From an uncultured Planctomycetia bacterium (GTDB taxonomy: Bacteria; Omnitrophota; Gorgyraeia; CAYWPX01): a stretch of DNA of 64,000 nt. The position numbers and the translations under genes are program-made. This document shows positions 32,099 through 41,759 of this stretch, piece after piece (the stretch's first letter is position 1; every line of letters begins with the position of its first letter). The stretch covers positions 120,073 through 184,072 of the forward strand of contig CAYWPX010000001.1 of assembly GCA_964460615.1 (NCBI GenBank), in the 5' to 3' direction. The notes under the pieces were generated by a model. It made no database searches and was not told the DNA's origin. It saw only the letters and a program-made list of their open reading frames with translations.

Positions 32099-32346
32099 TG
32101 GCAAAGATAGAGAAGGAGACAAAAAGGATCATCGCTTTTACCTCTAACTTTAAGGTTGAAGGCGATATCCATGTGCATATAGGCGCAAGGTTATCTGATT
32201 ATATAGAGACCTTGACCAAAAGCTTTATTCCGCTTACTAGAGTAATTATCTATAAGATCGGCGAAGATAAGCCGATCCACCATACGAATTTTTTAGAATT
32301 GAACAAAGACGAAGTTGTAATAATATCACCAAAAGAGGAGATCTAA
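32098..32346 (+). CDS. hypothetical small protein encoded between leuD and leuB
   Basis: 82-aa ORF; start overlaps leuD stop (TAATG); fills the leuD-leuB gap. Confidence 0.45.
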   Translation: MAKIEKETKRIIAFTSNFKVEGDIHVHIGARLSDYIETLTKSFIPLTRVIIYKIGEDKPIHHTNFLELNKDEVVIISPKEEI

Positions 32347-32353
32347 TTCTGCC

Positions 32354-33418
32354 ATGAAAGGAACGCATAATTACAAGATTGCAGTGATTCCCGGCGATGG
32401 AACCGGCCCGGAAGTTGTGAACGAGGGATTAAAAGTTTTAGAAGCGGTTTCTAAATTAGAAAATTTTAAATATAGCCTTACAAATTATGATTTTGGAGGC
32501 GCAAGATATTTAAAAAAAGGAGAGACCCTGCCTGATAGCGCCATAGCCGAACTTAAAAAGGCAGATGCTATATTTTTGGGTGCAATTGGGCATCCTGATG
32601 TGAAGCCGGGGATCCTTGAGCAGGGGATTCTTTTGAAATTAAGATTCAGCCTCGATCAGTATATTAACCTTAGGCCCGTTAAACTTTATGATGAGCGATT
32701 CTGTCCCTTGAAGGATAAAGGCTCAAAGGATATTGATTTTGTTGTTATAAGGGAAAACTCCGAAGGGCTTTATAAAGGAATGGGAGAGTTCCGTGATAAG
32801 GGTACGCCCAATGAAGTGGCTATTCAGTTATCGTACAATACTAGAGCCGGAGTTGAAAGATGCATTAGATATGCCTTTGAATTTACAAGAAAGAGAAATA
32901 GAGCCAAAAAACTTACTCTTTGCGGGAAGACTAATGTTTTGACATTTGCATGGGATCTTTGGCAGAGGACGTTTAATGAGGTTGCAAAGGAGTATCCCGA
33001 CATTAAGACAGATTATGCCCATGTAGATGCGACAACTATGTGGTTTGTCAAAAACCCTGAGTGGTTTGACGTAATTGTTACCGATAATATGTTCGGCGAT
33101 ATTATTACTGACCTAGGGGCAATGATCCAAGGAGGCATGGGGATAGCTGCCGGTGGGAATCTTAACCCTGAGGGTGTTTCTATGTTTGAACCCATCGGAG
33201 GAAGCGCGCCTAAATATACAGGTTTAAATGTGATAAATCCTCTAGCAGCAATTTGTGCTGCCGGAATGATGCTTAACGAGCTTGGAGAAACCAAGGCAGC
33301 CGACAGAATAGAGCAGTCAGTAATAAAAATTGCTACCACAAAACTTAAGACATTAGCTGCCGGAAAAATGGGATATTCAACGACTGAAGTAGGAGATCTG
33401 GTAGTAAAGAATTTATAA
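32354..33418 (+). CDS. leuB: 3-isopropylmalate dehydrogenase (isocitrate/isopropylmalate dehydrogenase family)
   Basis: KIAVIPGDGTGPEV N-terminus, NMFGDIITD motif. Confidence 0.85.
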   Translation: MKGTHNYKIAVIPGDGTGPEVVNEGLKVLEAVSKLENFKYSLTNYDFGGARYLKKGETLPDSAIAELKKADAIFLGAIGHPDVKPGILEQGILLKLRFSLDQYINLRPVKLYDERFCPLKDKGSKDIDFVVIRENSEGLYKGMGEFRDKGTPNEVAIQLSYNTRAGVERCIRYAFEFTRKRNRAKKLTLCGKTNVLTFAWDLWQRTFNEVAKEYPDIKTDYAHVDATTMWFVKNPEWFDVIVTDNMFGDIITDLGAMIQGGMGIAAGGNLNPEGVSMFEPIGGSAPKYTGLNVINPLAAICAAGMMLNELGETKAADRIEQSVIKIATTKLKTLAAGKMGYSTTEVGDLVVKNL

Positions 33419-33421
33419 ATT

Positions 33422-33450
33422 GTACGGCGTACGGAGTAAGGAGTACGGCG
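33422..33450 (+). repeat. heptad array (GTACGGC)x4 between leuB and asd
   Basis: GTACGGC GTACGGA GTAAGGA GTACGGC. Confidence 0.7.
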
Positions 33451-33479
33451 TTAATAGCTATTAATAAATTGGGTGAAAG

Positions 33480-34490
33480 ATGAAAAAATCTAAATATAAT
33501 GTTGCGGTAGTCGGAGTCGGCGCAGTTGGCGAAGAGATGCTGCGCGTTCTAAAACAGAGAAAATTTCCGATCAACGAGCTTAAAGTTTTAGCTCGTTCTT
33601 CAAGGGATATAAATGTTGACGGGGTCAAGTATTCCGTCAGAGAGATAAAACCGGAAGAGTTTAGCGGAGTTGACATAGCTTTGTTCGCAGGGACCGAAGG
33701 CGACAAGGGTGCGGCCGTTACTTATGCGCCGGTAGCCATTAAGGCTGGGGCAGTTGTTATTGATAACGGAGCTGATTTCAGGATGGATAAGGATGTGCCT
33801 TTGATTGTCCCCGAAGTAAATCCTGAAGATGCCTCTAAGCATAAAGGTATTATAGCAAACCCCAATTGTTCTACCATTCAGATGGTTGTAGCTTTAAAAC
33901 CGATATATGACCTCTCCAGGATTAATAGGGTGATTGTCTCTACCTATCAGGCGGTTTCCGGAGCAGGCAGAAAAGGTATAGAAGAGTTAAAGGCTCAGTC
34001 TAAATGTATTTCCAATAAGGAGGGTAATTGCGAGTGCAGTGCTTTCCCAAGGCAGATCGCTTTTAATGTTATCCCTCATATAAGCAAATTTGAAGATTAT
34101 GATTATACGACTGAAGAATGGAAGATGATCCGCGAGACCCATAAGATCATGCATGATGATAAGATCAAAATTTCCGCTACAACTGTCCGAGTACCTGTTT
34201 TAAACGGACATTCTGAATCCGTTTATCTGGAAACTGAAAAGCCTCTTCCTATCGAAAAGGTAAGAGAGGCTCTTAAAAAGGCAAAAGGGATCGTTGTAAT
34301 TGATGAGAAGGTCGGGGACGGCCTTAGATCGTATCCTATGCCCATAGATGCTGACGGCAAGGATGATGTTTTTGTCGGAAGGATCAGAAAAGACCCGTAT
34401 GTAGAAAACGGCTTGTGGTTATGGGTAGTAGCTGACAACCTGAGAAAAGGCGCGGCATCAAACGCGGTTCAGATAGCTGAATTGTTGTAA
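33480..34490 (+). CDS. asd: aspartate-semialdehyde dehydrogenase
   Basis: VAVVGVGAVG NAD(P) motif; active-site NPNCSTIQ. Confidence 0.9.
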   Translation: MKKSKYNVAVVGVGAVGEEMLRVLKQRKFPINELKVLARSSRDINVDGVKYSVREIKPEEFSGVDIALFAGTEGDKGAAVTYAPVAIKAGAVVIDNGADFRMDKDVPLIVPEVNPEDASKHKGIIANPNCSTIQMVVALKPIYDLSRINRVIVSTYQAVSGAGRKGIEELKAQSKCISNKEGNCECSAFPRQIAFNVIPHISKFEDYDYTTEEWKMIRETHKIMHDDKIKISATTVRVPVLNGHSESVYLETEKPLPIEKVREALKKAKGIVVIDEKVGDGLRSYPMPIDADGKDDVFVGRIRKDPYVENGLWLWVVADNLRKGAASNAVQIAELL

Positions 34491-34496
34491 TAATTT

Positions 34497-35264
34497 ATGC
34501 ATAATATCAGGTTAACTATTGAGTATGATGGTACAGATTATTCTGGCTGGCAAGCTCAAAGAAGCGCAAATAGCAAATCGCAAATAGCAAATAAAGAAAT
34601 AAGAACCATACAGGGTACTATAGAAGAAGCTCTTTTAAAGATTCTGCAGGAAAAGGTAAATATTGTTGCCGCGGGAAGGACAGATAGCGGCGTTCACGCT
34701 GTTGGACAGGTGTGCAATTTTAGAACCAGTTCTAAAATTGCGCCTTTAAGCATAAAGAAGGCTCTTAATAGTGCCCTCCCTAAGGACATTTCAATTAAAA
34801 GCGCAGAGTATGTAGAACTTAAATTCAATTCCCAGATTGACGCCAAAAGTAAAATCTATAGATATAGGATACTCGCTCGTGATCACGGAGCTCCCTTATT
34901 AAGGAAGCAGACCTACAATTACAAGTTTCCTCTTGACCTTAAGCTGATGAAGAGTGAAGCCAAGGCGCTTCTGGGGAGGCACAATTTTAAATCTTTTCAG
35001 GCAAAAGATATAGTAGAAAGATTCCCAAGATGCAATGTAAAAAGCATTGTTATCACTAAGGAAGGGGATCTGATTAATATTGACATTGAGGCTGACAGGT
35101 TTCTCTACAATATGGTCAGGAATATTGTAGGTACCTTGCTGGAAGTGGGCAGGGGCTACTTTAAAAAAGGCTCTATGCATATCATTCTTAATAAGCTTGA
35201 TAGATCTTTAGCAGGGCCAACTGCACCCAGCCATGGATTAACGCTACTAAAAGTTAAATATTAA
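34497..35264 (+). CDS. truA: tRNA pseudouridine(38-40) synthase
   Basis: IEYDGTDYSGWQ, AAGRTDSGVHAVGQV catalytic Asp motif. Confidence 0.85.
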   Translation: MHNIRLTIEYDGTDYSGWQAQRSANSKSQIANKEIRTIQGTIEEALLKILQEKVNIVAAGRTDSGVHAVGQVCNFRTSSKIAPLSIKKALNSALPKDISIKSAEYVELKFNSQIDAKSKIYRYRILARDHGAPLLRKQTYNYKFPLDLKLMKSEAKALLGRHNFKSFQAKDIVERFPRCNVKSIVITKEGDLINIDIEADRFLYNMVRNIVGTLLEVGRGYFKKGSMHIILNKLDRSLAGPTAPSHGLTLLKVKY

Positions 35265-35310
35265 AACTTTGCTTTTGTGAGCAAAAAATAGATAATAATA
35301 CAAAAAGTTG

Positions 35311-35339
35311 TTGACATAATCTGACGCTTATGTTATATT
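35311..35339 (+). promoter_or_regulatory. sigma70-type promoter for rplM-rpsI
   Basis: TTGACA-17 nt-TATATT with TG extension. Confidence 0.6.
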
Positions 35340-35362
35340 CAAACTTTCAATAAGAGGTAAAT

Positions 35363-35791
35363 ATGAAGACATTTATGATTAAAAAGGGTGAAGCAAAGCA
35401 CGATTGGTACATAATTGATGCTAAGGATAAGGTTCTTGGTAGAGTTGCTACAAGGATCGCAACACTTTTGCTTGGCAAAAATAAGGTTACCTATACTCCG
35501 CATGTTGATACCGGAGAAGGTGTCATAGTAATTAATGCAGATAAGATCAAGGTTACCGGAAAAAAACTTGAGGATAAAGAATATCAGAGATATTCTGGTT
35601 TTCCTGGCGGCAAAAGAGTTGTCACATTAGGGACATTGCTCAGCAAAAAACCGGAAAAAGCTTTGATCCTTGCTGTTAGGCGCATGCTACCAAAGACCAG
35701 GCTCGGAGATGACATGATTAAACGTCTGAAGGTTTATCCTGGGGACAAGCATCCTCACGAAGCGCAAGGACCGAAGGTTGTGTCGCTTTAA
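35363..35791 (+). CDS. rplM: 50S ribosomal protein L13
   Basis: WYIIDAKDKVLGRVATRIA signature; 142 aa. Confidence 0.9.
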   Translation: MKTFMIKKGEAKHDWYIIDAKDKVLGRVATRIATLLLGKNKVTYTPHVDTGEGVIVINADKIKVTGKKLEDKEYQRYSGFPGGKRVVTLGTLLSKKPEKALILAVRRMLPKTRLGDDMIKRLKVYPGDKHPHEAQGPKVVSL

Positions 35792-35820
35792 TATAACACT
35801 AATCACAAGGAGAAGTTTAA

Positions 35821-36216
35821 TTGGTTACAATTAATAATGTTTTTGCTACTGGGCGTCGTAAAGAGGCAATTGCCAGAGTGAGATTATTGGCAGGAGATGG
35901 GAAGATTATTATTAATGATAAGCCTGTTGAGGTATATTTTTTAAGAGAAACCGACAGGATCATGATAAATACTCCATTTACAGTCACTGGCTTAGGCGGC
36001 AGATTTGATGTTAAGGCAATTGCAAATGGCGGGGGAGTCAGCGGACAGGCGTCGGCGATCATGCTAGGGATAGCAAGGGCGCTTGTAAAAGCCGATGAAA
36101 CTCTAAAGCCGGCTCTTAGAAAAGCAGGGCTCTTAACCAGGGATCCTCGCATGAAAGAGCGTAAAAAGTACGGCCAAAAGAGAGCAAGAAAAAGATTCCA
36201 GTATTCTAAGAGGTAA
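35821..36216 (+). CDS. rpsI: 30S ribosomal protein S9
   Basis: [12 protein letters not shown] and C-terminal KRFQYSKR; TTG start. Confidence 0.9.
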   Translation: MVTINNVFATGRRKEAIARVRLLAGDGKIIINDKPVEVYFLRETDRIMINTPFTVTGLGGRFDVKAIANGGGVSGQASAIMLGIARALVKADETLKPALRKAGLLTRDPRMKERKKYGQKRARKRFQYSKR

Positions 36217-36244
36217 TCAGTAATTTTAGAAGCCTTACAAAAAG

Positions 36245-36296
36245 ACCTATTTTGTCAATACTCCGTCGAAAAAGAGTTGACAAAATAGGTTTTTTA
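36245..36296 (+). terminator. intrinsic terminator after rplM-rpsI
   Basis: Perfect 14-bp inverted repeat ACCTATTTTGTCAA...TTGACAAAATAGGT with 18-nt loop, followed by TTTTTT. Confidence 0.75.
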
Positions 36297-36355
36297 ATTT
36301 AAAATTAGTGTCTATGCTGTAGTGTAAATGGCAGATTATTTTATAGGAGAATAAA

Positions 36356-37378
36356 ATGTTAAAGGTTGGAGTTATAGGAGCAACTGGTTACACAGGAGAA
36401 GAATTAGTTAGGATCTTGGCAAATCATCCAAAAGTAAATGTTACTTTTTTAACAGCAAAAATTGAAAAGGATGAATTGATTTCAGATATCTATCCGGCCA
36501 TAAAGGGCAGGTGCGACCTAGTCTGCAAAAGCGAGGTTACCGACGATCTTTATGGTAAAGCTGAGTTAGTTTTTTTGGCGCTTCCCCATAAGGTCTCTAT
36601 GGATTTTGTGCCGAAGCTTATTAAATCCAATGTTAAGGTAATTGATCTTAGCGCTGATTACAGGCTACCGGCCGATGCCTATAAAATTTGGTATGGCATG
36701 GATCATAAAGATACTCTTAATATTAGTAAGGCTGTTTATGGCCTTCCTGAACTGTATAGGGACAAAATTAAAAATGCCCAGCTTATTGCAAACCCCGGCT
36801 GTTATCCGACTAGTATTATTCTCGGCCTTGCGCCAATTATTAAAGGCGGGCTTATTGATTTAAAGGAGACCATTATAGCCGATTCAAAAAGCGGCGTCAC
36901 CGGAGCGGGTCGAAAGGCTGATCTATCGATCAGTTTTTCTGAGGTTAATGAGTCGATGAAGGCGTATAGGATCAATGAACATCAGCACATGCCTGAGATA
37001 ATTCAGGAGATATCCAATATTGCCGGTTCTAAGCTTGAACTTATGTTTGTACCTCACTTAGTGCCTATGAATAGGGGGATATTATCCAGTATATATGTTA
37101 AGTTAAATAAGCACATTACTAATGATGAATTCCTGAATGTTTATACTAAGTTCTATGCTGATTCTAAATTTGTAAGAGTAATGCCAAAGGGCGTATTCCC
37201 GCAGATCAAGGATGTGAGAAATACAAATTTGTGTGCTATCGGCGTAAAAGTTGACGAAAAAAAGAAGATAGCTGTTATAATTTCCTGCATTGATAATCTT
37301 CTTAAGGGTGCAACAGGGCAGGCAGTTCAAAATATGAATATTATGAGCGGTTTTGATGAAGCCCTGGGGCTTTATTAA
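36356..37378 (+). CDS. argC: N-acetyl-gamma-glutamyl-phosphate reductase
   Basis: VGVIGATGYTGEEL, active-site Cys in NPGCYPT. Confidence 0.9.
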   Translation: MLKVGVIGATGYTGEELVRILANHPKVNVTFLTAKIEKDELISDIYPAIKGRCDLVCKSEVTDDLYGKAELVFLALPHKVSMDFVPKLIKSNVKVIDLSADYRLPADAYKIWYGMDHKDTLNISKAVYGLPELYRDKIKNAQLIANPGCYPTSIILGLAPIIKGGLIDLKETIIADSKSGVTGAGRKADLSISFSEVNESMKAYRINEHQHMPEIIQEISNIAGSKLELMFVPHLVPMNRGILSSIYVKLNKHITNDEFLNVYTKFYADSKFVRVMPKGVFPQIKDVRNTNLCAIGVKVDEKKKIAVIISCIDNLLKGATGQAVQNMNIMSGFDEALGLY

Positions 37379-37396
37379 TATAGAAAGTCGGAGGTT

Positions 37397-38596
37397 TTGG
37401 TGAAAGTAATTCAAGGCGGAGTTTGTGCGGCGAAAGGTTTTTTTGCTACAGGTATTAGCTCCGGTATCAAAAAAAGCGGTTTGGATTTGGCCTTAGTCTT
37501 TACTAAGTCTCCCGCCATTGCCGCTGGGACCTTTACCAAGAATATTGTTAAAGCAGCTCCTGTAGTTATATCCCAAAAAAGAATTAATAACACTGTTCAC
37601 GCTATTATTTCAAATAGCGGTAATGCCAATTGTTGTTCAGGGAAAAGCGGGATGGATTCGGTAATTAAGGAATCCGAAGCAATAGCCAAAGCTTTAGGTA
37701 TAAGCAAGGATTCGATTTTAGTATGCTCTACAGGGATCATCGGTAAACCTCTCCCGGTTGAAAAAATTGTAAATGCCGTACCTGAACTTGTTTCAAGCCT
37801 GGCTATTGATGGGAATGAGCTTGCCAAAAAGGCCATAATGACCACAGATACTTTTCCTAAAGAGGTTGCAGTTGAGATAAATATAGGCGGAAACGTTGTC
37901 AGGATCGGAGGCATGGCAAAGGGCGCTGGGATGATACACCCTGATATGGCTACAATGCTTTCTTTTGTGACTACCGACGCATTGATTGAAAAGACCGCTC
38001 TAAAAAAGGCGCTGAAGCTTGCGGTAGATAATTCATTTAATTCAATAACGGTTGATGGCGACACCAGTACCAATGATACGGTGTTGTTATTGGCCAATGG
38101 GCAGGCTGATAACAAAATAATTAAAATTGGCTCACCTCAATTCAAGGAATTTTTTAAAGCCTTGAATTTTGTAGCCGTTGAACTAGCGAAATTAATAGCA
38201 AAAGACGGTGAAGGAGCAACGAAGTTTGTAACAATAAATGTCTCTGGCGCCAAAACTGATGCTGAGGCCAGACGCATAGGCAGGTTCGTTTCGATATCAA
38301 ATCTTCTTAAGTGCGCCATTTACGGCCAGGACCCAAACTGGGGAAGGGTGGCGGCAAAAGCAGGTTCCAGCGGAGTTAAATTTGATATCAATAAACTTGA
38401 TATTTATATTGGCAGAGAATTGGTCCTTAGTAAGGGTACTTCCAATGATAAGGCCGATAAGTCCAGGCTAGAAGAGATATTTAGACAAAAAAATATAGAT
38501 ATTTCTATCAAGATCGGTAACGGCAAGGGCAAGGCGACATGTTACACATGCGATCTTACTGAAGAATATATCAAGATCAATGCGGCGTATGAATAA
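37397..38596 (+). CDS. argJ: bifunctional glutamate N-acetyltransferase / amino-acid acetyltransferase
   Basis: Autoprocessing site ATMLSF; 399 aa; TTG/GTG start after GGAGG. Confidence 0.9.
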   Translation: MVKVIQGGVCAAKGFFATGISSGIKKSGLDLALVFTKSPAIAAGTFTKNIVKAAPVVISQKRINNTVHAIISNSGNANCCSGKSGMDSVIKESEAIAKALGISKDSILVCSTGIIGKPLPVEKIVNAVPELVSSLAIDGNELAKKAIMTTDTFPKEVAVEINIGGNVVRIGGMAKGAGMIHPDMATMLSFVTTDALIEKTALKKALKLAVDNSFNSITVDGDTSTNDTVLLLANGQADNKIIKIGSPQFKEFFKALNFVAVELAKLIAKDGEGATKFVTINVSGAKTDAEARRIGRFVSISNLLKCAIYGQDPNWGRVAAKAGSSGVKFDINKLDIYIGRELVLSKGTSNDKADKSRLEEIFRQKNIDISIKIGNGKGKATCYTCDLTEEYIKINAAYE

Positions 38597-38602
38597 AAAC
38601 TA

Positions 38603-38676
38603 GCGATTAGGCGATTAAGTGATTAGGTAATTAGGTAAAACCCAATCACATAATCGCATAATTACCAAATCGCTAT
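38603..38676 (+). repeat. octad-periodic imperfect inverted repeat between argJ and argB
   Basis: GCGATTAG GCGATTAA GTGATTAG GTAATTAG ...loop... CAATCACA TAATCGCA TAATTACC AAATCGC (arms reverse-complementary at about 26 of 33 positions). Confidence 0.75.
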
Positions 38677-38693
38677 ATTATTAAAGGAAAAAA

Positions 38694-39530
38694 ATGGAAG
38701 AAGCGATAAAGAAGGCAGAGATACTTATTGAAGCTCTGCAATATATCAAAAAATTTCAGGACAAGATCGTAGTTATCAAATACGGCGGGTCAGCTATAGG
38801 CGACAGGGAAAAGCGTTTAAGTGTACTTGAAGATATAATTTTCATGAATCTCGCCGGAATGAAACCGGTTTTAGTACATGGCGGAGGCCCTGCTATCAAC
38901 AAAGAGATGGAAAAACTCGGCAAAAAACCTGAGTTTGTAAAAGGTTTTCGTGTTACTAAAAAAGAGAATATTGATATTATCGATAAGGTTCTCTCTAAGG
39001 TCAATGCTCAGGTGGTCCGCGATATAAATGGTTTAGGTGGTTCGGCCAAAGGGATGCTCGGAAGAAATGATATCGTAAGAGTTAAGAAGTTTAACAAATT
39101 CGGCGATATAGGTTTTGTAGGAGATATTACATCCATAAATATCCATAAGATCCTTAAGGAATTGGAAAAAGATAATATCCCCGTCATTACACCTCTGGGT
39201 CTGGGTAAGGATGGCAACTATTATAATGTAAACGCTGATCAGGTAGCGGCTAGCATAGCTGTTGCTTTACAGGCTGAAAAGCTTGCGCTTCTGACAAATG
39301 TCCCGGGTGTGTTAAAGAATAATGAGCTTGTACATACTCTCACAGTACCTCAGGCAAAAACTTTCATTAAAAAAGGCATTATTTACGGCGGAATGATCCC
39401 AAAGATCAAGGCTTGTATCACCGCAGTAAGCGGTGGCGCCAACAAGGCGCATATAATCAACGGAAACCTGAAGCATGCGTTGCTTCTGGAAATTTTTACC
39501 GATAAAGGTATCGGAACGGAGCTTGTATAA
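38694..39530 (+). CDS. argB: acetylglutamate kinase
   Basis: IVVIKYGGSA, VLVHGGGP motifs. Confidence 0.9.
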   Translation: MEEAIKKAEILIEALQYIKKFQDKIVVIKYGGSAIGDREKRLSVLEDIIFMNLAGMKPVLVHGGGPAINKEMEKLGKKPEFVKGFRVTKKENIDIIDKVLSKVNAQVVRDINGLGGSAKGMLGRNDIVRVKKFNKFGDIGFVGDITSINIHKILKELEKDNIPVITPLGLGKDGNYYNVNADQVAASIAVALQAEKLALLTNVPGVLKNNELVHTLTVPQAKTFIKKGIIYGGMIPKIKACITAVSGGANKAHIINGNLKHALLLEIFTDKGIGTELV

Positions 39531-39534
39531 TAAA

Positions 39535-40728
39535 ATGCAGACTATAGAAAAAGATGTTGTGTTGGCGTATTACAAAGAATATGTTATGCCCACATATTTT
39601 CAGACTCCCCTAATATTAGTAAAGGGCAAGGGGATAAAGGTTTATGATATCAACGAAAAGGAATATCTGGATTTCTTTCCGGGTTGGGCGGTAAGCGGCA
39701 TAGGCCACTGCCATAAAAAGGTTGTGGATGCTATCAGGAAGCAGTCAAAAAAACTGCTCCATGTGTCTAATAACTACATGTCCGTTCCCCAGGCATTACT
39801 AGCAAAAAAAATTATTGAGCATTCATTTGAAGGGAAAGTATTTTTTGCCAATAGCGGCGCCGAAGCGAACGAGGGCGCAGTAAAGCTGGCAAGAAAATAC
39901 GGAAATCAAAAAGGCAAGTTCGAGATTATTACTATGCTGAATTCTTTCCATGGGAGAACTCTTGCCATGATCACCGCTACCGGACAGGAAAAAGTAAAGA
40001 TAGGCTTTGAGCCGCTTCCCGAAGGATTTAAATATGTCCCTTTCAATGATTTTGAGGCCCTTAAAGCCAGTGTTACAGATAAGACAGCAGCTATAATGAT
40101 GGAACCGATCCAGGGTGAGGGCGGTATCAATATTCCAAGTTTAGAATATCTCCAAAATGTCCGAAACCTGTGTGACGAAAAAGATATTCTTCTTATTTTT
40201 GATGAAGTCCAAACCGGAATGGGCAGGACAGGAAAGATGTTCGGTTTTCAGAATTTTAATGTTAAGCCTGATGTGATGACTCTTGCCAAGGCTCTTGGCG
40301 GCGGAGTGCCTATAGGTGCATTCGTAGCCAAAAAAGAGTTTGCGGATATTCTCGGGCCCGGTACGCATGCGACTACATTTGGCGGAAGCCCTATTGTCTC
40401 GGCAGCTTCTTTAGGAGTGTTTGAGGCAATTGAAAAAGGAAAGCTTTTGAAGAACGCCGAGAAGATGGGCAAGTACTTAGTGGCAAAATTAGAGAATCTC
40501 AAAAAACGATATTCTATTATTAAAGAGGTCAGGGGCATAGGGCTTATGATAGGAGTAGAGTTAAATATTGAAGGGGATATTATTTATAAGGAATGTCTGG
40601 AGAAGGGGTTACTTATAAACTGCACCCAGAAAAAGATCCTTAGGATCATGCCTCCCATGACAGTAAAGAAGGGCGACATAAACAAGGCAATTACCATTTT
40701 AAACGAAGTACTAAAAAATAAAAGGTAA
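39535..40728 (+). CDS. argD: acetylornithine aminotransferase
   Basis: Class-III aminotransferase motifs (FDEVQTGMGRTGK, PLP-Lys in LAKALGGG); start at ATG 39535 (track 39475). Confidence 0.9.
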   Translation: MQTIEKDVVLAYYKEYVMPTYFQTPLILVKGKGIKVYDINEKEYLDFFPGWAVSGIGHCHKKVVDAIRKQSKKLLHVSNNYMSVPQALLAKKIIEHSFEGKVFFANSGAEANEGAVKLARKYGNQKGKFEIITMLNSFHGRTLAMITATGQEKVKIGFEPLPEGFKYVPFNDFEALKASVTDKTAAIMMEPIQGEGGINIPSLEYLQNVRNLCDEKDILLIFDEVQTGMGRTGKMFGFQNFNVKPDVMTLAKALGGGVPIGAFVAKKEFADILGPGTHATTFGGSPIVSAASLGVFEAIEKGKLLKNAEKMGKYLVAKLENLKKRYSIIKEVRGIGLMIGVELNIEGDIIYKECLEKGLLINCTQKKILRIMPPMTVKKGDINKAITILNEVLKNKR

Positions 40729-40732
40729 TCTT

Positions 40733-41668
40733 ATGTGGAAGGATAAGCCAAAGAAAGACCTTATAAGGCTATTAGATCTTAGTAGCGATGATATTAACTA
40801 TATTTTCGATGTCACAGAGAAATTAAAGTGCAAAAAGATCGGCCTTGATGAGCCTTTAAAGAATAAAAACCTGGCGCTTATTTTTCAGAAACCTTCCAAC
40901 AGGACCAGGGTCTCCTTCGAAGTCGGTATGCATCAGCTTGGCGGTGATACGATATATCTGGGGCCGGAAGATATTAAGCTCGGCGTCAGGGAATCAAGCA
41001 AGGATATCGCAAAAGTTTTATCCAGGTACGTCGATGTTATTGTTGTAAGGACATTTTCCAATAAAGTTGTCGAAGAAATTGCCGAGTATTCTTCAATGCC
41101 GGTCATTAACGGCCTTAGCGATCTTTATCATCCCTGCCAGGGACTTGCTGATATATTTACGATAAAAGAAAAGTTCGGGTCATTTAAAAATATTCAAATT
41201 AGTTATGTTGGCGACGGGAATAATGTATTAAATTCTCTTATGGTTGGGGCAAGTATTCTAGGCCTAAATTTAAATATTGCTACACCAAAAAAATACGAAC
41301 CCAACAAGAACATTGTTAGTGATGCTATGGCAATAGCCAAAAAGACGGGAGCAAGTATTAAATTTTCCAATGACCCGGTTGAAGCGGTTAAAAATTCTGT
41401 AGTTATTTATACGGATGTCTGGACCAGCATGGGCCAGGAAAAGGAAGCCGCAAAAAGAAGGAAGGCGTTTAAGAGTTTTCAGATCAATGAGAAGCTTTTA
41501 AGCTGTGCCAAAAAGGAATGCTTGGTCATGCATTGTCTTCCGGCTCATAGGGGCGAAGAGATCACTGATGAGGTCATGGACGGGCCAAGTTCGATAGTTT
41601 TGGACCAGGCTGAAAACAGGCTCCATATACAGAAGGCGTTACTTTTAATATTACTTGGGAAAATATAG
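40733..41668 (+). CDS. argF: ornithine carbamoyltransferase
   Basis: STRTRVSFE carbamoyl-phosphate motif, HCLPA motif. Confidence 0.9.
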   Translation: MWKDKPKKDLIRLLDLSSDDINYIFDVTEKLKCKKIGLDEPLKNKNLALIFQKPSNRTRVSFEVGMHQLGGDTIYLGPEDIKLGVRESSKDIAKVLSRYVDVIVVRTFSNKVVEEIAEYSSMPVINGLSDLYHPCQGLADIFTIKEKFGSFKNIQISYVGDGNNVLNSLMVGASILGLNLNIATPKKYEPNKNIVSDAMAIAKKTGASIKFSNDPVEAVKNSVVIYTDVWTSMGQEKEAAKRRKAFKSFQINEKLLSCAKKECLVMHCLPAHRGEEITDEVMDGPSSIVLDQAENRLHIQKALLLILLGKI

Positions 41669-41737
41669 CTGTAAGCTATAAGTTGTAAGCCGTAAGAAGA
41701 TCCAAAGATTTAAAAGCTTATTGCTTAAAGCTTATAA
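41668..41737 (+). repeat. heptad-periodic imperfect inverted repeat between argF and argG
   Basis: GCTGTAA GCTATAA GTTGTAA GCCGTAA ... AAGCTTAT TGCTTAA AGCTTATA. Confidence 0.7.
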
Positions 41738-41759
41738 CATACTGCTTGAGAGGGGAAAA

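Noticed and set aside
36642-36863. 73-aa plus-strand ORF within argC
   Set aside because: Alternative frame of argC.
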